This document shows, in pieces, positions 12,654 through 22,949 of a stretch of DNA of 64,000 bases. The DNA is taken from the NCBI GenBank assembly GCA_029265455.1, contig JAJUJF010000001.1, forward strand, positions 32,040-96,039. The letters run 5' to 3'. The notes beneath the pieces were generated by a model, which saw only the letters and a list, made by a program, of their open reading frames with translations, searched no databases and was not told the origin of the DNA. The first letter of the stretch is position 1. Every line of letters starts with the position of its first letter. Both the position numbers and the translations under genes were made by a program. The stretch is from Paracoccaceae bacterium. GTDB lineage: Bacteria; Pseudomonadota; Alphaproteobacteria; Rhodobacterales; Rhodobacteraceae.

Positions 12654-12722
12654 CTCGAGAGGGCCGCCACGGACAGGGACCCTCCCGCAAAGTCGCTTCG
12701 CTGAAAGGGCTTCAACCAGATG
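12654..12722 (+). promoter_or_regulatory. ROSE-like RNA thermometer in the ibpA 5' UTR
   Basis: Hairpin AAGUC-G-CUU/AAGGGCUU (12690-12712): UCGCU motif with bulged G pairing over the SD AAGGG. 5' boundary approximate. Confidence 0.72.
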
Positions 12723-13172
12723 ACCAAGGTCACCTTCGCCTCGCATCCCTATCTCCTGGGGTTCGAGCAGTTCGACCGCCTCCTCGAAAGGAGCGCGAAA
12801 ACGGCGACGGAGGGGTATCCCCCATACAATATCGAGCAGACCTCGGAGAGTTCCTACCGCATCACGCTTGCGGTTGCGGGCTTCGCCGAGGAGGATCTCG
12901 AGATCACGGTGGAGAACCACCAGCTCACCATCCGTGGCCGCCAGGGAGAGGATACGGCGAACCGCGTCTACCTGCACCGCGGCATCGCCGCTCGCCAGTT
13001 CCACCGCAACTTCGTGCTGGCTGACGGGGTCGAGGTCCGGGGCGCCAGCCTCGAGAACGGGCTCCTTCACATCGATCTGACGCGCGAATTGCCGGAGACC
13101 CGGGTGCAGACGATCAGGATCAGCGGCAGGCAGCCGTCGGTCCGGAAACGGGAGGAAAGCAGCGCATCCTGA
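12720..13172 (+). CDS. ibpA: Hsp20 family small heat shock protein
   Basis: YPPYNIEQ, LAVAGF, YLHRGIAARQF, LENGLLHIDL. Confidence 0.95.
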   Translation: MTKVTFASHPYLLGFEQFDRLLERSAKTATEGYPPYNIEQTSESSYRITLAVAGFAEEDLEITVENHQLTIRGRQGEDTANRVYLHRGIAARQFHRNFVLADGVEVRGASLENGLLHIDLTRELPETRVQTIRISGRQPSVRKREESSAS

Positions 13173-13209
13173 TCACGCGAGTTGCGCACGCCGAGACGAC
13201 AGGTGAACC

Positions 13210-13464
13210 ATGACCGATTTCCCAAGTATCAATGACACGAAGTTCAACCAGACCGCCAGCGGCCAGCCGATAGTCTACGTACGCCCGGTGCGCACCAATG
13301 AACTTCCCGCCGAGGTGAAGGAGCAGATCGAGGCGAATCTCGGCAAGCAGACGGTCTACGCGATTCACGCCCCCTCGGGCGAGGTGCTGGCGCTCGTGCC
13401 CGACCGCCGCCAGGCCTTCTGGATTGCGCGCCAGAACCAGTACGCGCCGGTCAGCGTCCACTGA
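13210..13464 (+). CDS. DUF1150 family protein
   Basis: IVYVRPV...YAIHAPSGEVLALV.DRRQAF..ARQNQYAPVSVH; conserved Hsp20 neighbour. Confidence 0.88.
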   Translation: MTDFPSINDTKFNQTASGQPIVYVRPVRTNELPAEVKEQIEANLGKQTVYAIHAPSGEVLALVPDRRQAFWIARQNQYAPVSVH

Positions 13465-13513
13465 GGACCCCGGCCGGCCGTGACCGCGGGTGGCGGGCAG
13501 GATGGCTGCCCGC

Positions 13514-14581
<1,068 letters not shown>

Positions 14582-14695
14582 TCACGCCCCGCCCAGCAGC
14601 AGCAGGCAGCGGCGGGAAGTGCGGAGACGAAACTTTGTTGCCATTGGCGGCCTGGCCGCCTAATCAGCAGCAAGGCATTTCACCCAGAGATATTG

Positions 14696-15190
14696 ATGTC
14701 TGCCCCAAAGCTCGATCCCATCGACCACAGGATTCTCGCGGAGCTCCAGGCTGACGGACGGATGACCAATGTCGAACTGTCCCGTCGCGTCGGCATCTCG
14801 GCCCCTCCCTGCCTGCGCAGGGTACGCGCGCTTGAGGAAATCGGGCTGATCCGCGGCTACCACGCCGAGCTCAACGCGCGCGAACTCGGGCTCGAGGTTC
14901 AGGTCTATGCCATGGTCGGCCTCTCGAGCCAGGCGGAGGCCGATCTTTCCGCATTCGAAGAACTGGCGCGGAGCTGGCCACTCGTGCGTGAATGCCACAT
15001 GCTGAACGGCGAGATCGACTTCATCCTGAAATGCGTGGCGCCCGATCTCCCGACCTTCCAGACCTTCCTCACCGAAGAACTCACCGCAGCACCCAAGGTG
15101 GCGAGCGTCAAGACCTCGCTCGTCATCCGCTGCGCCAAGAACGAGCCCATCGTCCCCTTCGAGGCGCTGGAAAAGCGTGGCAAGGGCTGA
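14696..15190 (+). CDS. Lrp/AsnC family transcriptional regulator
   Basis: LDPIDHRILAELQADGRMTNVELSRRVGISAPPCLRRVR HTH. Confidence 0.95.
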   Translation: MSAPKLDPIDHRILAELQADGRMTNVELSRRVGISAPPCLRRVRALEEIGLIRGYHAELNARELGLEVQVYAMVGLSSQAEADLSAFEELARSWPLVRECHMLNGEIDFILKCVAPDLPTFQTFLTEELTAAPKVASVKTSLVIRCAKNEPIVPFEALEKRGKG

Positions 15191-15223
15191 TTCCGCCGCT
15201 GCCGGGGCGGAGGCGTAAGGCTT

Positions 15224-16021
15224 TCAGGGCGAGCCGGGTGGCGGTATCGGCAGCGCCGCGCCGGTCAGGACCCAGCCTCCATCCGCGGCGAGCACCGCTC
15301 CGTTGACATAGGAGGCGGCCGCGGAGCCGAGGAAGAGGCAGGCCCGCGCCACGTCCTCCGGCGAGCCGAAGCGGCGCATCGGCACCCCCTCGGTGACCAG
15401 TTGCCGCGCCTCGGGCGTCGGCGCGAGCCGCTCCATTCCCTCGGTATTCGCGATCGGGCCCGGAATGACCCCGTTCACTCTCAGCCCCTCCGGTCCCCAT
15501 TCGATGGCGAGGCATCGCGTCACCATGTCGACGCCGGCCTTGGCGGCGCAGACATGGACCTGGTGCGCCATCGCCACCTGCGCCTGCGGCGCCGAGATGT
15601 TGATCAGACTGCCGCCCGGCCGCCGCATGTACGGATAGGCAGCCTTCATCACGTTGAAGGTGCCAAGAAGGTCGATATCGACCACCGCCTTGAAACCGTT
15701 CGGGCTCAGATCCCGGGCGAGCGCCGGGAAATTCCCCGCGGCACCCGAGACCAGCACATCGATCGGTCCGGCCTCTGCCGCGAAGGCGGAGATCGCCTCG
15801 GCGACGGCCGTCGCGTCCCGCACATCCAGCACATAGCCGAGTGCCGGCCGCCCGTCGCGCGACAGTCCGGCTGCTGCCGCCTCCACCTTCTCCGGTCGGC
15901 GCGATGCCACCCCGAGCCGCGCCCCCGCATCGGCGAAGGCCCGCGCGATACCGAGGTTGATGCCACTGGTCCCGCCGATCACGATCACCGAGCAACCGGC
16001 GTAATCGAACGATGCGCGCAT
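15224..16021 (-). CDS. SDR oxidoreductase (2,4-dienoyl-CoA reductase-like)
   Basis: GGTSGINLG, GAAGNF, HVCAAKAGV, PGPI..TEG. Confidence 0.88.
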   Translation of the reverse strand: MRASFDYAGCSVIVIGGTSGINLGIARAFADAGARLGVASRRPEKVEAAAAGLSRDGRPALGYVLDVRDATAVAEAISAFAAEAGPIDVLVSGAAGNFPALARDLSPNGFKAVVDIDLLGTFNVMKAAYPYMRRPGGSLINISAPQAQVAMAHQVHVCAAKAGVDMVTRCLAIEWGPEGLRVNGVIPGPIANTEGMERLAPTPEARQLVTEGVPMRRFGSPEDVARACLFLGSAAASYVNGAVLAADGGWVLTGAALPIPPPGSP

Positions 16022-16066
16022 CTGCCCCGTTTCCCTCCTCGCCCGGGAACTGCCCTCGTCATGCAG

Positions 16067-16094
16067 GAACGCCGCCCCGGAAGGGGCGGCGTTC
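16067..16094. terminator. GC hairpin downstream of the DUF3618 operon
   Basis: 12-bp stem GAACGCCGCCCC-GGAA-GGGGCGGCGTTC; no clear U-tract. Confidence 0.5.
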
Positions 16095-16113
16095 GTGTGT
16101 AATGAACTGCGGT

Positions 16114-17385
16114 TCAGGTCGAGCCGGGGCCGGTGTCACGCCTCTCCGTCGCGGCGCGGGCGCTGAGATCGTCCGTTCCCGACTTCGGTCTGACGGTTCC
16201 CGCTCCCGGGATGCCGCCACTGCTCGCGCTGCTTCCGCTGCCCGCGGTGGTGCCACTCCCTCCCGCGGCAGCGCGCGCGCGGTCGGCTTCCCGCTCCGTG
16301 TCCTCGACGGCGGCATCCGCTGCCGCCCGGGCGACATTGCCGACGCGCTCAGCGAGCGGACGGTTGTCCGACGGAACCAGCCCTTCGCGTTCGGCGGCAG
16401 CCCGGCCGGCCTCATAGACATCCTGCGCCATGTCGCGGGCCCGCTCGCTCGCATAGTCGAAGGCGCGCCCTGCTCCACGCCGCACCTGTTCACGCGCTTC
16501 CGGCCAGGTCTCCTCCTCGAAACGCGCCTTCGGCAGCATGGTGCCGAGGGCGGCGCCGATCGCGAGGCCGATGGCGCCCGCGAGGAACGGCTCGCGCTCG
16601 ATGGCGGAGACGAGACTGCCGCCGCGATCACGCATGCGGTATCCGCCGCGATCGACCCAGTGACGGCCGCGATCGGAGACACCCTGCCACCGCTCCCCCG
16701 CGTGATCCGCGAGATCGCGGACGCGGCTGCCGGCTTCCTCGCTCCAGTCGCGGACCCGATCGCGCGCATCGTGCACGAAGCCGCGGACCCGCCCTGTCAC
16801 CCCTTCGGCCGCCTCGCTGGCGCGATAACCATAATCACGCCCGGCGCTCTGCACCCTGCTTGCGTAGTCCCGGCCTGCCGCACCCGCACGTGCAGCCGCC
16901 TCCCGCGCCTTCTCCCGCAGCTCGGCGGCGGTGCTGCCGGAACTCCCCGAAGCCTCGCCGCCGGCGACATAGCCCACGCCGGTGCCTCCGGCCGCATAAG
17001 ACTCCGCCGCATGCGCGCCATGGCTCCCTCTCGACGGACCTGCGTCGTAGCCGCCATGAAGCTCGCCCCGGTAATGCTCGTCCCCGTAGGACTCCCTGTC
17101 GTAAACCCCGACATGGCCATGGTCGGTCCCGTGCCCGTAGCGGCTCCCGAAGATCAGCCACGCCACGCCTGCCCCGATCAGGGCGAGAGCCATCGGGTTG
17201 TCGCGCGCCTGCCGGCGCAGGTTGTCGAGGGCGATCGAACTGTCGCTGTCGCGAAGGTAACGCGTCATCTCGTCCACCACGTTCCCCGGCTGCATCCGGT
17301 ATTTCAGTTCCTCGGCGGTATTCGCGATGCCGCTGCGGATGCGCTCGGCGTCCCGCTCGAGTTCTTCTGCCGACCTGTCGGTCAT
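16114..17385 (-). CDS. DUF3618 domain protein with long Ala/Arg-rich body and C-terminal membrane anchor
   Basis: N-terminal RSAEELERDAERIRSGIANTAEEL; NPMALALIGAGVAWL; GAIGLAIGAALG. Confidence 0.82.
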   Translation of the reverse strand: MTDRSAEELERDAERIRSGIANTAEELKYRMQPGNVVDEMTRYLRDSDSSIALDNLRRQARDNPMALALIGAGVAWLIFGSRYGHGTDHGHVGVYDRESYGDEHYRGELHGGYDAGPSRGSHGAHAAESYAAGGTGVGYVAGGEASGSSGSTAAELREKAREAAARAGAAGRDYASRVQSAGRDYGYRASEAAEGVTGRVRGFVHDARDRVRDWSEEAGSRVRDLADHAGERWQGVSDRGRHWVDRGGYRMRDRGGSLVSAIEREPFLAGAIGLAIGAALGTMLPKARFEEETWPEAREQVRRGAGRAFDYASERARDMAQDVYEAGRAAAEREGLVPSDNRPLAERVGNVARAAADAAVEDTEREADRARAAAGGSGTTAGSGSSASSGGIPGAGTVRPKSGTDDLSARAATERRDTGPGST

Positions 17386-17786
17386 CGGGTCTCCTCCTTG
17401 ACGAGCTGGGCGTCCTTGGTGACCTGCCGGGCAGTGCGCTCCGGGGTCATGGCGGACGCCGACAAGTTGTCCTTGCCCTTCTTGAGCAGGAAGGCGCCGA
17501 TCGCGGCGAAGACGACGCCCACCACCAGCGAGGACCAGCCGAAGCTCAGACCCAGCGACTCGATCGCGTGGACGAGCGCGATCAGGAGAATGATCAGCGC
17601 CGCCTGCACGATCATCACCCCGGCGCCGATCTCACCCGCGCCTGTGCCCAGCTTGGCTAGGTTTTCGCGCATCTCCGCCTTGAGCAGCGTCGCCTCCGTA
17701 CGGAACAGGGAAGTCAGCTGCGTGACGAGATCGGAGACGAGATCCGAGAAGGACCGCGCATCCTTGGGGTCGTGCTCTACGCTCAT
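17382..17786 (-). CDS. YqjE-like 'phage holin superfamily' membrane protein
   Basis: SFSDLVSDLVTQLTSLFRTEATLLKAEM, two TM helices, PERTARQV..D; ATGA overlaps at both ends. Confidence 0.82.
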   Translation of the reverse strand: MSVEHDPKDARSFSDLVSDLVTQLTSLFRTEATLLKAEMRENLAKLGTGAGEIGAGVMIVQAALIILLIALVHAIESLGLSFGWSSLVVGVVFAAIGAFLLKKGKDNLSASAMTPERTARQVTKDAQLVKEETR

Positions 17787-18823
17787 CCCTGGCCTCCCGG
17801 CTTGGTCTCACTGCTGCCCGCGGACTTGCTCGACCCGGAGCCCGAAGTGCTCCCGGATCCTCCCTGCGGGCTGCTCGGGCTTCCGGGCAGACTCGAAGTG
17901 CCGGTCGCACCCTGCCCGGGGCCGCCCATGCCCACACCCGCAGTCCCGCCCGACCCGGAGGTGCCGGAGCTTCCCGCGGCTCCCCGCGACGGGCTGCTCG
18001 GGCTTCTGGGAAGGCTCGAGGTGCCGGCCGTCCCCTGCCCCGTCCCACCCGTAAGAACGCCCGCAGTGCCCGGAGAGCGAGGGGCCTGGCCGGCGCCGCT
18101 CGTGCCCTGCGATGAATAATCCGATCCCGGAGTGCCGCTGCCGCCCGCGCCATAGGCCATGCCGGTCGTGCCGGCGCTGCTCGGATGGGCGGCTCCCGTC
18201 CGGGCGACGTCGGCGCTCGCCGATCCGCCCGCACTTCCGCCGAGCCCCGCGCCGCCGATGCCAGCCCCTGCGCCTGCGCCGGGATAGCCCGGGCCTCCGG
18301 GAGTGGCGACCGCGCCGCTGGTGCGCTGGCCGTAGTCGCCGCCGTAGCTCTCGGCCCCGGTCCGCCGCGGCGCCGACGTCGTCGCGAACCGCGCCAGCGC
18401 GAAGCCCATCAGCATGCTCCCCGCAAGGAAGGCGCCCGGATGCCGGCGCCCGAAGTCACGCACCGTGTGCAGGACGTCGGATGGCTGCCGGCGTGACAGC
18501 GATTCGGCGAACCGCTCGAGGCCATAGGCCGCTTCGCGCACAACATCGGACACGATTCCCGGCTCCTTCTCGCCGAGCTCGTCGCCGGCATGACGGATGG
18601 CATCGGCGAAGTGGCGCAAGTGGCTCACGGCCTCGCCGCGGATCTCTTCGCCCTGCCGCTCCACCGCACGCCGTGCCCGCTCGCCAAGACCGCCAGCCGC
18701 GTCCCGCGCCTCGCGGGCAAGATCTTCCGCTGCACGCCGCTCTTCCTCGAGCCGGTGCCGCGCCTGTTCCATGTCGCTCGACGGGCTTGCGGCACCCCGG
18801 GTGCCATGTTCAGCTTCCGCCAT
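17783..18823 (-). CDS. ElaB/YgaM-like stress protein with a Gly/Ser/Thr/Pro-rich disordered tail
   Basis: Helical N-terminal half ending DFGRRHPGAFLAGSMLMGFALARF; low-complexity tail; RBS GAGGAG before ATG 18823. Confidence 0.75.
   Translation of the reverse strand: MAEAEHGTRGAASPSSDMEQARHRLEEERRAAEDLAREARDAAGGLGERARRAVERQGEEIRGEAVSHLRHFADAIRHAGDELGEKEPGIVSDVVREAAYGLERFAESLSRRQPSDVLHTVRDFGRRHPGAFLAGSMLMGFALARFATTSAPRRTGAESYGGDYGQRTSGAVATPGGPGYPGAGAGAGIGGAGLGGSAGGSASADVARTGAAHPSSAGTTGMAYGAGGSGTPGSDYSSQGTSGAGQAPRSPGTAGVLTGGTGQGTAGTSSLPRSPSSPSRGAAGSSGTSGSGGTAGVGMGGPGQGATGTSSLPGSPSSPQGGSGSTSGSGSSKSAGSSETKPGGQG
17831..18067. repeat. Two-copy imperfect intragenic tandem repeat, period 120-123 bp (about 40 aa)
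   Basis: CGACCCGGAG at 17831/17951, GGGCTGCTCGGGCTTC at 17868/17991, CCCGCAGT at 17937/18060. Confidence 0.85.
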
Positions 18824-18908
18824 CAGCCTGCTCCTCTCTCGTATCCATCGGTCAAGGGGCATCGGGATCGGCTCTCCCGCCTTGCCTCCGTTGCCGTTCT
18901 GGGAAGGC

Positions 18909-18933
18909 AATCCACATGACGCCCATTGGTTCC
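18909..18933 (-). promoter_or_regulatory. EcfG/RpoE2-type promoter of the three-gene stress operon
   Basis: Minus strand GGAAC-N18-TT (GGAAC caatgggcgtcatgtg GATT), about 85 nt upstream of the ATG. Confidence 0.55.
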
Positions 18934-19019
18934 GAGCTGGCCGGAGAACGTCGCGGACATGCCGTGACGCGACTCTGCCGGGCCGCGATGGCCGCGAGCC
19001 GATGACGCCGGAAGTGACG

Positions 19020-19778
19020 CTAGAGGGTGATTGCCGAGATCAGCCGGCCATAGTCGCTCTGGCCCGTCTGGGTGGTGCGACGATAGGAGTAGAAGCGCTC
19101 GGGGTCGGAGTGGGTACAGGCGCCGATCCACTCCGCCTCGCCCACTCCCGCCTCCCGCAGCCGCGCGAGCACGAAGCCCGGCAGGTTGAAGAGCGCCCGG
19201 TCGCCGGGCCCGCCGGAGAAGAACCGGCCGAACTCCCGGTCCTCGTCGAGGAACCGCTCGACGAATTCCGGACCGACCTCATAGGCGCGCTGGCTGATCG
19301 TCGGGCCGATGGCAGCCTGGATGCCCGCAGGCTCCGCCCCGAGCCGGCCCATTGCCGCGACTGTCGCCTCGATCACCCCGTCAAGCGCGCCGCGCCAGCC
19401 TGCATGCACCGCGCCGATCACCCCTGCCTCGCGGGCACGCAGCAGGACCGGCGCGCAATCGGCGGTGAGCACGCTGAGCGCGATCCCCGGCACCGTCGTC
19501 ACCGCGGCATCCGCGCGCGGCCGCTCGGTCCAGCCTTCCGGACCGGCCACCACCACCTCCGCGGAATGAATCTGGTGGAGCGAGAGGAGCCGTGCCGGCG
19601 GAACCCCGAGTGCCTCCGCCACCCGCGCCCGGTTGACCGCGACGGCGCTGGCCTGATCTCCCGAGCCCGGCCCGCAGTTCAGCCCGGCATAGATTCCCGA
19701 CGATGCGCCGCCTCGCCGCGTGAAGAAACCGTGGCGCGTGCCTGCAAGGAGATCGGAGGTGAGGATCTCGAGCGTCAT
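19020..19778 (-). CDS. pgeF: Peptidoglycan editing factor PgeF (YfiH/laccase-domain)
   Basis: HGFFTRRGG, QIHS, VLTADCAPV, HAGWRG, FYSYRR. Confidence 0.93.
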   Translation of the reverse strand: MTLEILTSDLLAGTRHGFFTRRGGASSGIYAGLNCGPGSGDQASAVAVNRARVAEALGVPPARLLSLHQIHSAEVVVAGPEGWTERPRADAAVTTVPGIALSVLTADCAPVLLRAREAGVIGAVHAGWRGALDGVIEATVAAMGRLGAEPAGIQAAIGPTISQRAYEVGPEFVERFLDEDREFGRFFSGGPGDRALFNLPGFVLARLREAGVGEAEWIGACTHSDPERFYSYRRTTQTGQSDYGRLISAITL

Positions 19779-20878
19779 TCCATCGATCCGGCCATGGGGC
19801 CGCTGGCAAATCCGGGCGGGGCCGGCGCTCCCGGCTTCGTGAGCGCCATGACCTTGAACACCTGACCCATCTCGGCGGGATGCGTCAAGCGACGATGCCC
19901 CGCTGCCACGCCGGCCGCCGCTGGGCCGCCTGTCCGGGCGAGGACCCGCGCCCGCGCGGTGATGCCGAGCCGCTCGAGGAACACGCCTTGCGTGACCGGT
20001 CCCCACGGCTGCAGCCCGGAGGCCTCCGCCAATGCCCGAAACCGCACATGCGCGGTCAGATCCGCCTGCCCCGGAGCCGCGAGCGGATCCGCGAACCGGT
20101 GCCCCGCCACTGCCTGGAGCGTGTCGCCGGTGCCATCCCACTCGCCATAATCGATAATGAGCGCCACGCCGCCGAAACTCGCGATCCGCCGCCCGATTTC
20201 CGCCGCCACCGCCTCCCCATCCGGGTTCACCTCGACGAGCGCACCCTCCGGCAGCGCGCCGAACCGGGTTTCCAGGGCCGCCGACGTCATCACCGGCCCG
20301 TAGCCGAAGCGGAGGCCTTCGGGGCCTACAACCACCACCCGTTCCTGCCAGCCCTGTGCGAGGCGCAGGAACTGGCGTACCGGCAATGCGTCAAAGAACT
20401 CGTTGGCGACGAGGAACAGCGGCCCTTCCGGCAAATCCGCGACGCGCTCCACCCAGTGCGGCGCCCAATCCCCGAGGGCCGCCGCCTGCGCCGACCGGAG
20501 GACGGGACTCGTCTCCACCAGTTTCAGCGCCATTGCCTCCCGGAACCCAGGCAACCGCCCCGCCACCCGCAGCGCATCCGCCATCAGCGTGCCCCGCCCC
20601 GGCCCCGCCTCGGCGAGGATCGCCTGCGGCCGCCCCGCATCGATCCAGACCTGTGCGAGCCAGCCGCCGATCATTTCCCCGAAAAGCTGGCTCACCTCCG
20701 GCGCGGTGACGAAATCGCCCTTCGCCCCCAGCGGATCACGGGTGATGTAGTAGCCGTGCTCCGGATGGCCGAGGCAGAGCGCCATGTACTCCGCAACCGG
20801 CATCGGCCCGGCCTCGGCGATACGTTCGCGGATCAGCCGCGCGAGGGGCGTCGGGCGGCCCGGGTCAGGCGGGGACAC
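19775..20878 (-). CDS. MidA/NDUFAF7-type SAM-dependent methyltransferase
   Basis: [38 protein letters not shown]. Confidence 0.92.
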   Translation of the reverse strand: MSPPDPGRPTPLARLIRERIAEAGPMPVAEYMALCLGHPEHGYYITRDPLGAKGDFVTAPEVSQLFGEMIGGWLAQVWIDAGRPQAILAEAGPGRGTLMADALRVAGRLPGFREAMALKLVETSPVLRSAQAAALGDWAPHWVERVADLPEGPLFLVANEFFDALPVRQFLRLAQGWQERVVVVGPEGLRFGYGPVMTSAALETRFGALPEGALVEVNPDGEAVAAEIGRRIASFGGVALIIDYGEWDGTGDTLQAVAGHRFADPLAAPGQADLTAHVRFRALAEASGLQPWGPVTQGVFLERLGITARARVLARTGGPAAAGVAAGHRRLTHPAEMGQVFKVMALTKPGAPAPPGFASGPMAGSME

Positions 20879-21767
20879 GCCGCCTCCGCGTGATCAGCCA
20901 CAGGCCGAGCGCCAGCATCGGCAGGCTCAGCACCTGACCCATCGTGAAGCCCCAGGAATCGATCCCGCTCCCGAACTGCACGACGAGGCCCCAGGGATTC
21001 CCCGGTCCTGCGAATTGCGCATCGCCCTGCCGGAAGAACTCGACGACGATCCGCGCCACCGCGTAGCCGGCAAGGAAGAGGCCGAACACCCGCCCCGGCT
21101 GCCGGAGCCATCCCCCCCGCCATACGGCCCCGGCCAGGAGCAGGAAGAGGAGGAGCCCCTCGAAGGTCGCCTGGTAAAGCTGGCTCGGATGGCGCGCACA
21201 GACATCCGCAATCCAGCCCGGCGGGCAGATCTGCGCCGCTTCAGAGGGAAAGATCACCCCCCAGGGCACGGTCGTCGGCCGCCCCCAGAGCTCCCCGTTC
21301 ACGAAATTGGCGAGCCGGCCGAAAAAGAGCCCGATCGGCGCCGCCGCCGCCACCGCATCTCCAAGGCTCAGCATCGGCAGGTTGTTCTTCCAGGCAAACA
21401 GCGCCGTCGCCACCACCACGCCGAGGAAACCGCCATGGAACGACATCCCCCCCTGCCAGATCGCGATGATCTCGCCGGGATTGGCGAGGTAGTAGCCGGG
21501 CTGGTAGAGCAGGACGAAGCCGAGCCGGCCGCCGGCGATCACGCCGACCACCATCCAGGTGAGCAGATCGTCGGCCTTCGCCGGCGCCATCGGCGCCGCG
21601 CCGCCCCAGAGGCCCGGCCGCCGGCAGAGCGCCGCGACATAACGCCAGCCGAGCACCAGCCCGGCGATATAGGCAAGCGCGTACCAGCGAAGCGCGATCT
21701 CGATCCCGAAGAGCTCGAAGGCGAAGAGATTGGGGTCGATGTCGGGGAACGGGATGGCAAACGGCAT
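20865..21767 (-). CDS. lgt: Prolipoprotein diacylglyceryl transferase
   Basis: [35 protein letters not shown]. Confidence 0.97.
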   Translation of the reverse strand: MPFAIPFPDIDPNLFAFELFGIEIALRWYALAYIAGLVLGWRYVAALCRRPGLWGGAAPMAPAKADDLLTWMVVGVIAGGRLGFVLLYQPGYYLANPGEIIAIWQGGMSFHGGFLGVVVATALFAWKNNLPMLSLGDAVAAAAPIGLFFGRLANFVNGELWGRPTTVPWGVIFPSEAAQICPPGWIADVCARHPSQLYQATFEGLLLFLLLAGAVWRGGWLRQPGRVFGLFLAGYAVARIVVEFFRQGDAQFAGPGNPWGLVVQFGSGIDSWGFTMGQVLSLPMLALGLWLITRRRRVPA

Positions 21768-21881
21768 GAAGACCCTCCGGCTCGGGCGCGCCGGCCTCCA
21801 TCGGTTGAGGCGCCCTGCCTGTCAACCTTGGCACGGCCTGCCACCGCCCATATATCCGGATCGTTCAACCGGAGGCCCGCC

Positions 21882-22232
21882 ATGCAGACCCGCAACAAGA
21901 TCCTCGACGATCTCGCGAAGCTGATGACGAACGCGGTCGGCGTCGCGCAGGGCGCCCGGACCGAGGCCGAGACGGCAATGAAGAGCATGTTCGACCGCTT
22001 CCTTGCCGATCGCAACCTCGTCACCCGGGACGAGTTCGACGCCATCCGGGCCATGGCGCAGAAGGCGCGCGAGGAAAACGATCGCCTGCGGACCGAGATC
22101 GCGGCGCTTGCCGCCCGCGTGGCGGCGCTCGAAGCCGCATCGCGAAAACCCGGGAAGGCTGCTCCGCGCAAGGCTGACGTATCCGCTGCGGACAAGTCCG
22201 GCGAATCACCTGCGAGCGAGTCCGGGGAGTGA
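21882..22232 (+). CDS. ubiK: Accessory factor UbiK / BMFP family protein
   Basis: ILDDLAKLMTNAVGVAQG...LVTRDEFDA.RAMA.KAR. Confidence 0.88.
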   Translation: MQTRNKILDDLAKLMTNAVGVAQGARTEAETAMKSMFDRFLADRNLVTRDEFDAIRAMAQKAREENDRLRTEIAALAARVAALEAASRKPGKAAPRKADVSAADKSGESPASESGE

Positions 22233-22402
22233 CACTCGCTGTGAACGGTACCTTCGTCTCGAATTTTGTCCTTTACAGACTCGACCGGAACACCCACCAT
22301 ATCTTGTAGGTTCGCAGACGCACCCTGCTTACCTGTTGTTAACCGATTGCCCCCGCGCGGGGCTCGCCCCGCCGGGTGGCAGGAAAGCCATGAGGCAAGG
22401 GC

Positions 22403-22906
22403 ATGGGTATTATCGAGCGCGACTACCACACCGAGGACCTGCACCCGATCGATATCGTCGAGACCCTCGCCTTGGAGCAGTCCTGGGAGTTCGACCGCGT
22501 CGCCGAGGACCAGATCGCCATGGCGATCGAGGGGAGCTGGCGCACCTATTCCGTGACCCTTGCCTGGTCACCCGCGGATTCGGCACTGCGCCTCGTCTGC
22601 GCGTTCGAGTTCGCTCCGCCCAAGCGCCGCCTCGGGGCGATCTACCGGGCCATGGCCCTTGCCAATGACAGGACCTGGGCAGGTGCCTTCGTGCTCTGGC
22701 CTGACCAGAAGCTGATGGTGTTCCGCTATTCCCTGAACTGCGCCGGTGATGCCGTCGCCGGCCAGGCGCAGATCACCGACATGATGCGCGGCGCCGTTGC
22801 CACCTGCGAACGCTTCTTCCCCGCATTCCAGCTCGTCGCCTGGGATGGAGAATCGCCGGAGAAGGCGCTTGGCATCGCGATGACCGAGGCATACGGTCGG
22901 GCCTGA
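22403..22906 (+). CDS. YbjN domain (T3SS-chaperone-like) protein
   Basis: HPIDIVE..A....W.FDR....QIAM.IEG.W..Y; conserved upstream of proC. Confidence 0.85.
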   Translation: MGIIERDYHTEDLHPIDIVETLALEQSWEFDRVAEDQIAMAIEGSWRTYSVTLAWSPADSALRLVCAFEFAPPKRRLGAIYRAMALANDRTWAGAFVLWPDQKLMVFRYSLNCAGDAVAGQAQITDMMRGAVATCERFFPAFQLVAWDGESPEKALGIAMTEAYGRA

Positions 22907-22949
22907 GGCGCCGGGCCTCCCTGCCGGCCCGGCCCGGCAGGGGAGGCTC

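Noticed and set aside
17382-17786. 'Phage holin' as a sign of a prophage
   Set aside because: YqjE-like family in a chromosomal stress triad; no endolysin, structural or integrase genes
22294-22309. NrdR-like boxes (also near 33107-33122)
   Set aside because: Only 10-11/16 matches, single rather than tandem, and no nrd genes downstream
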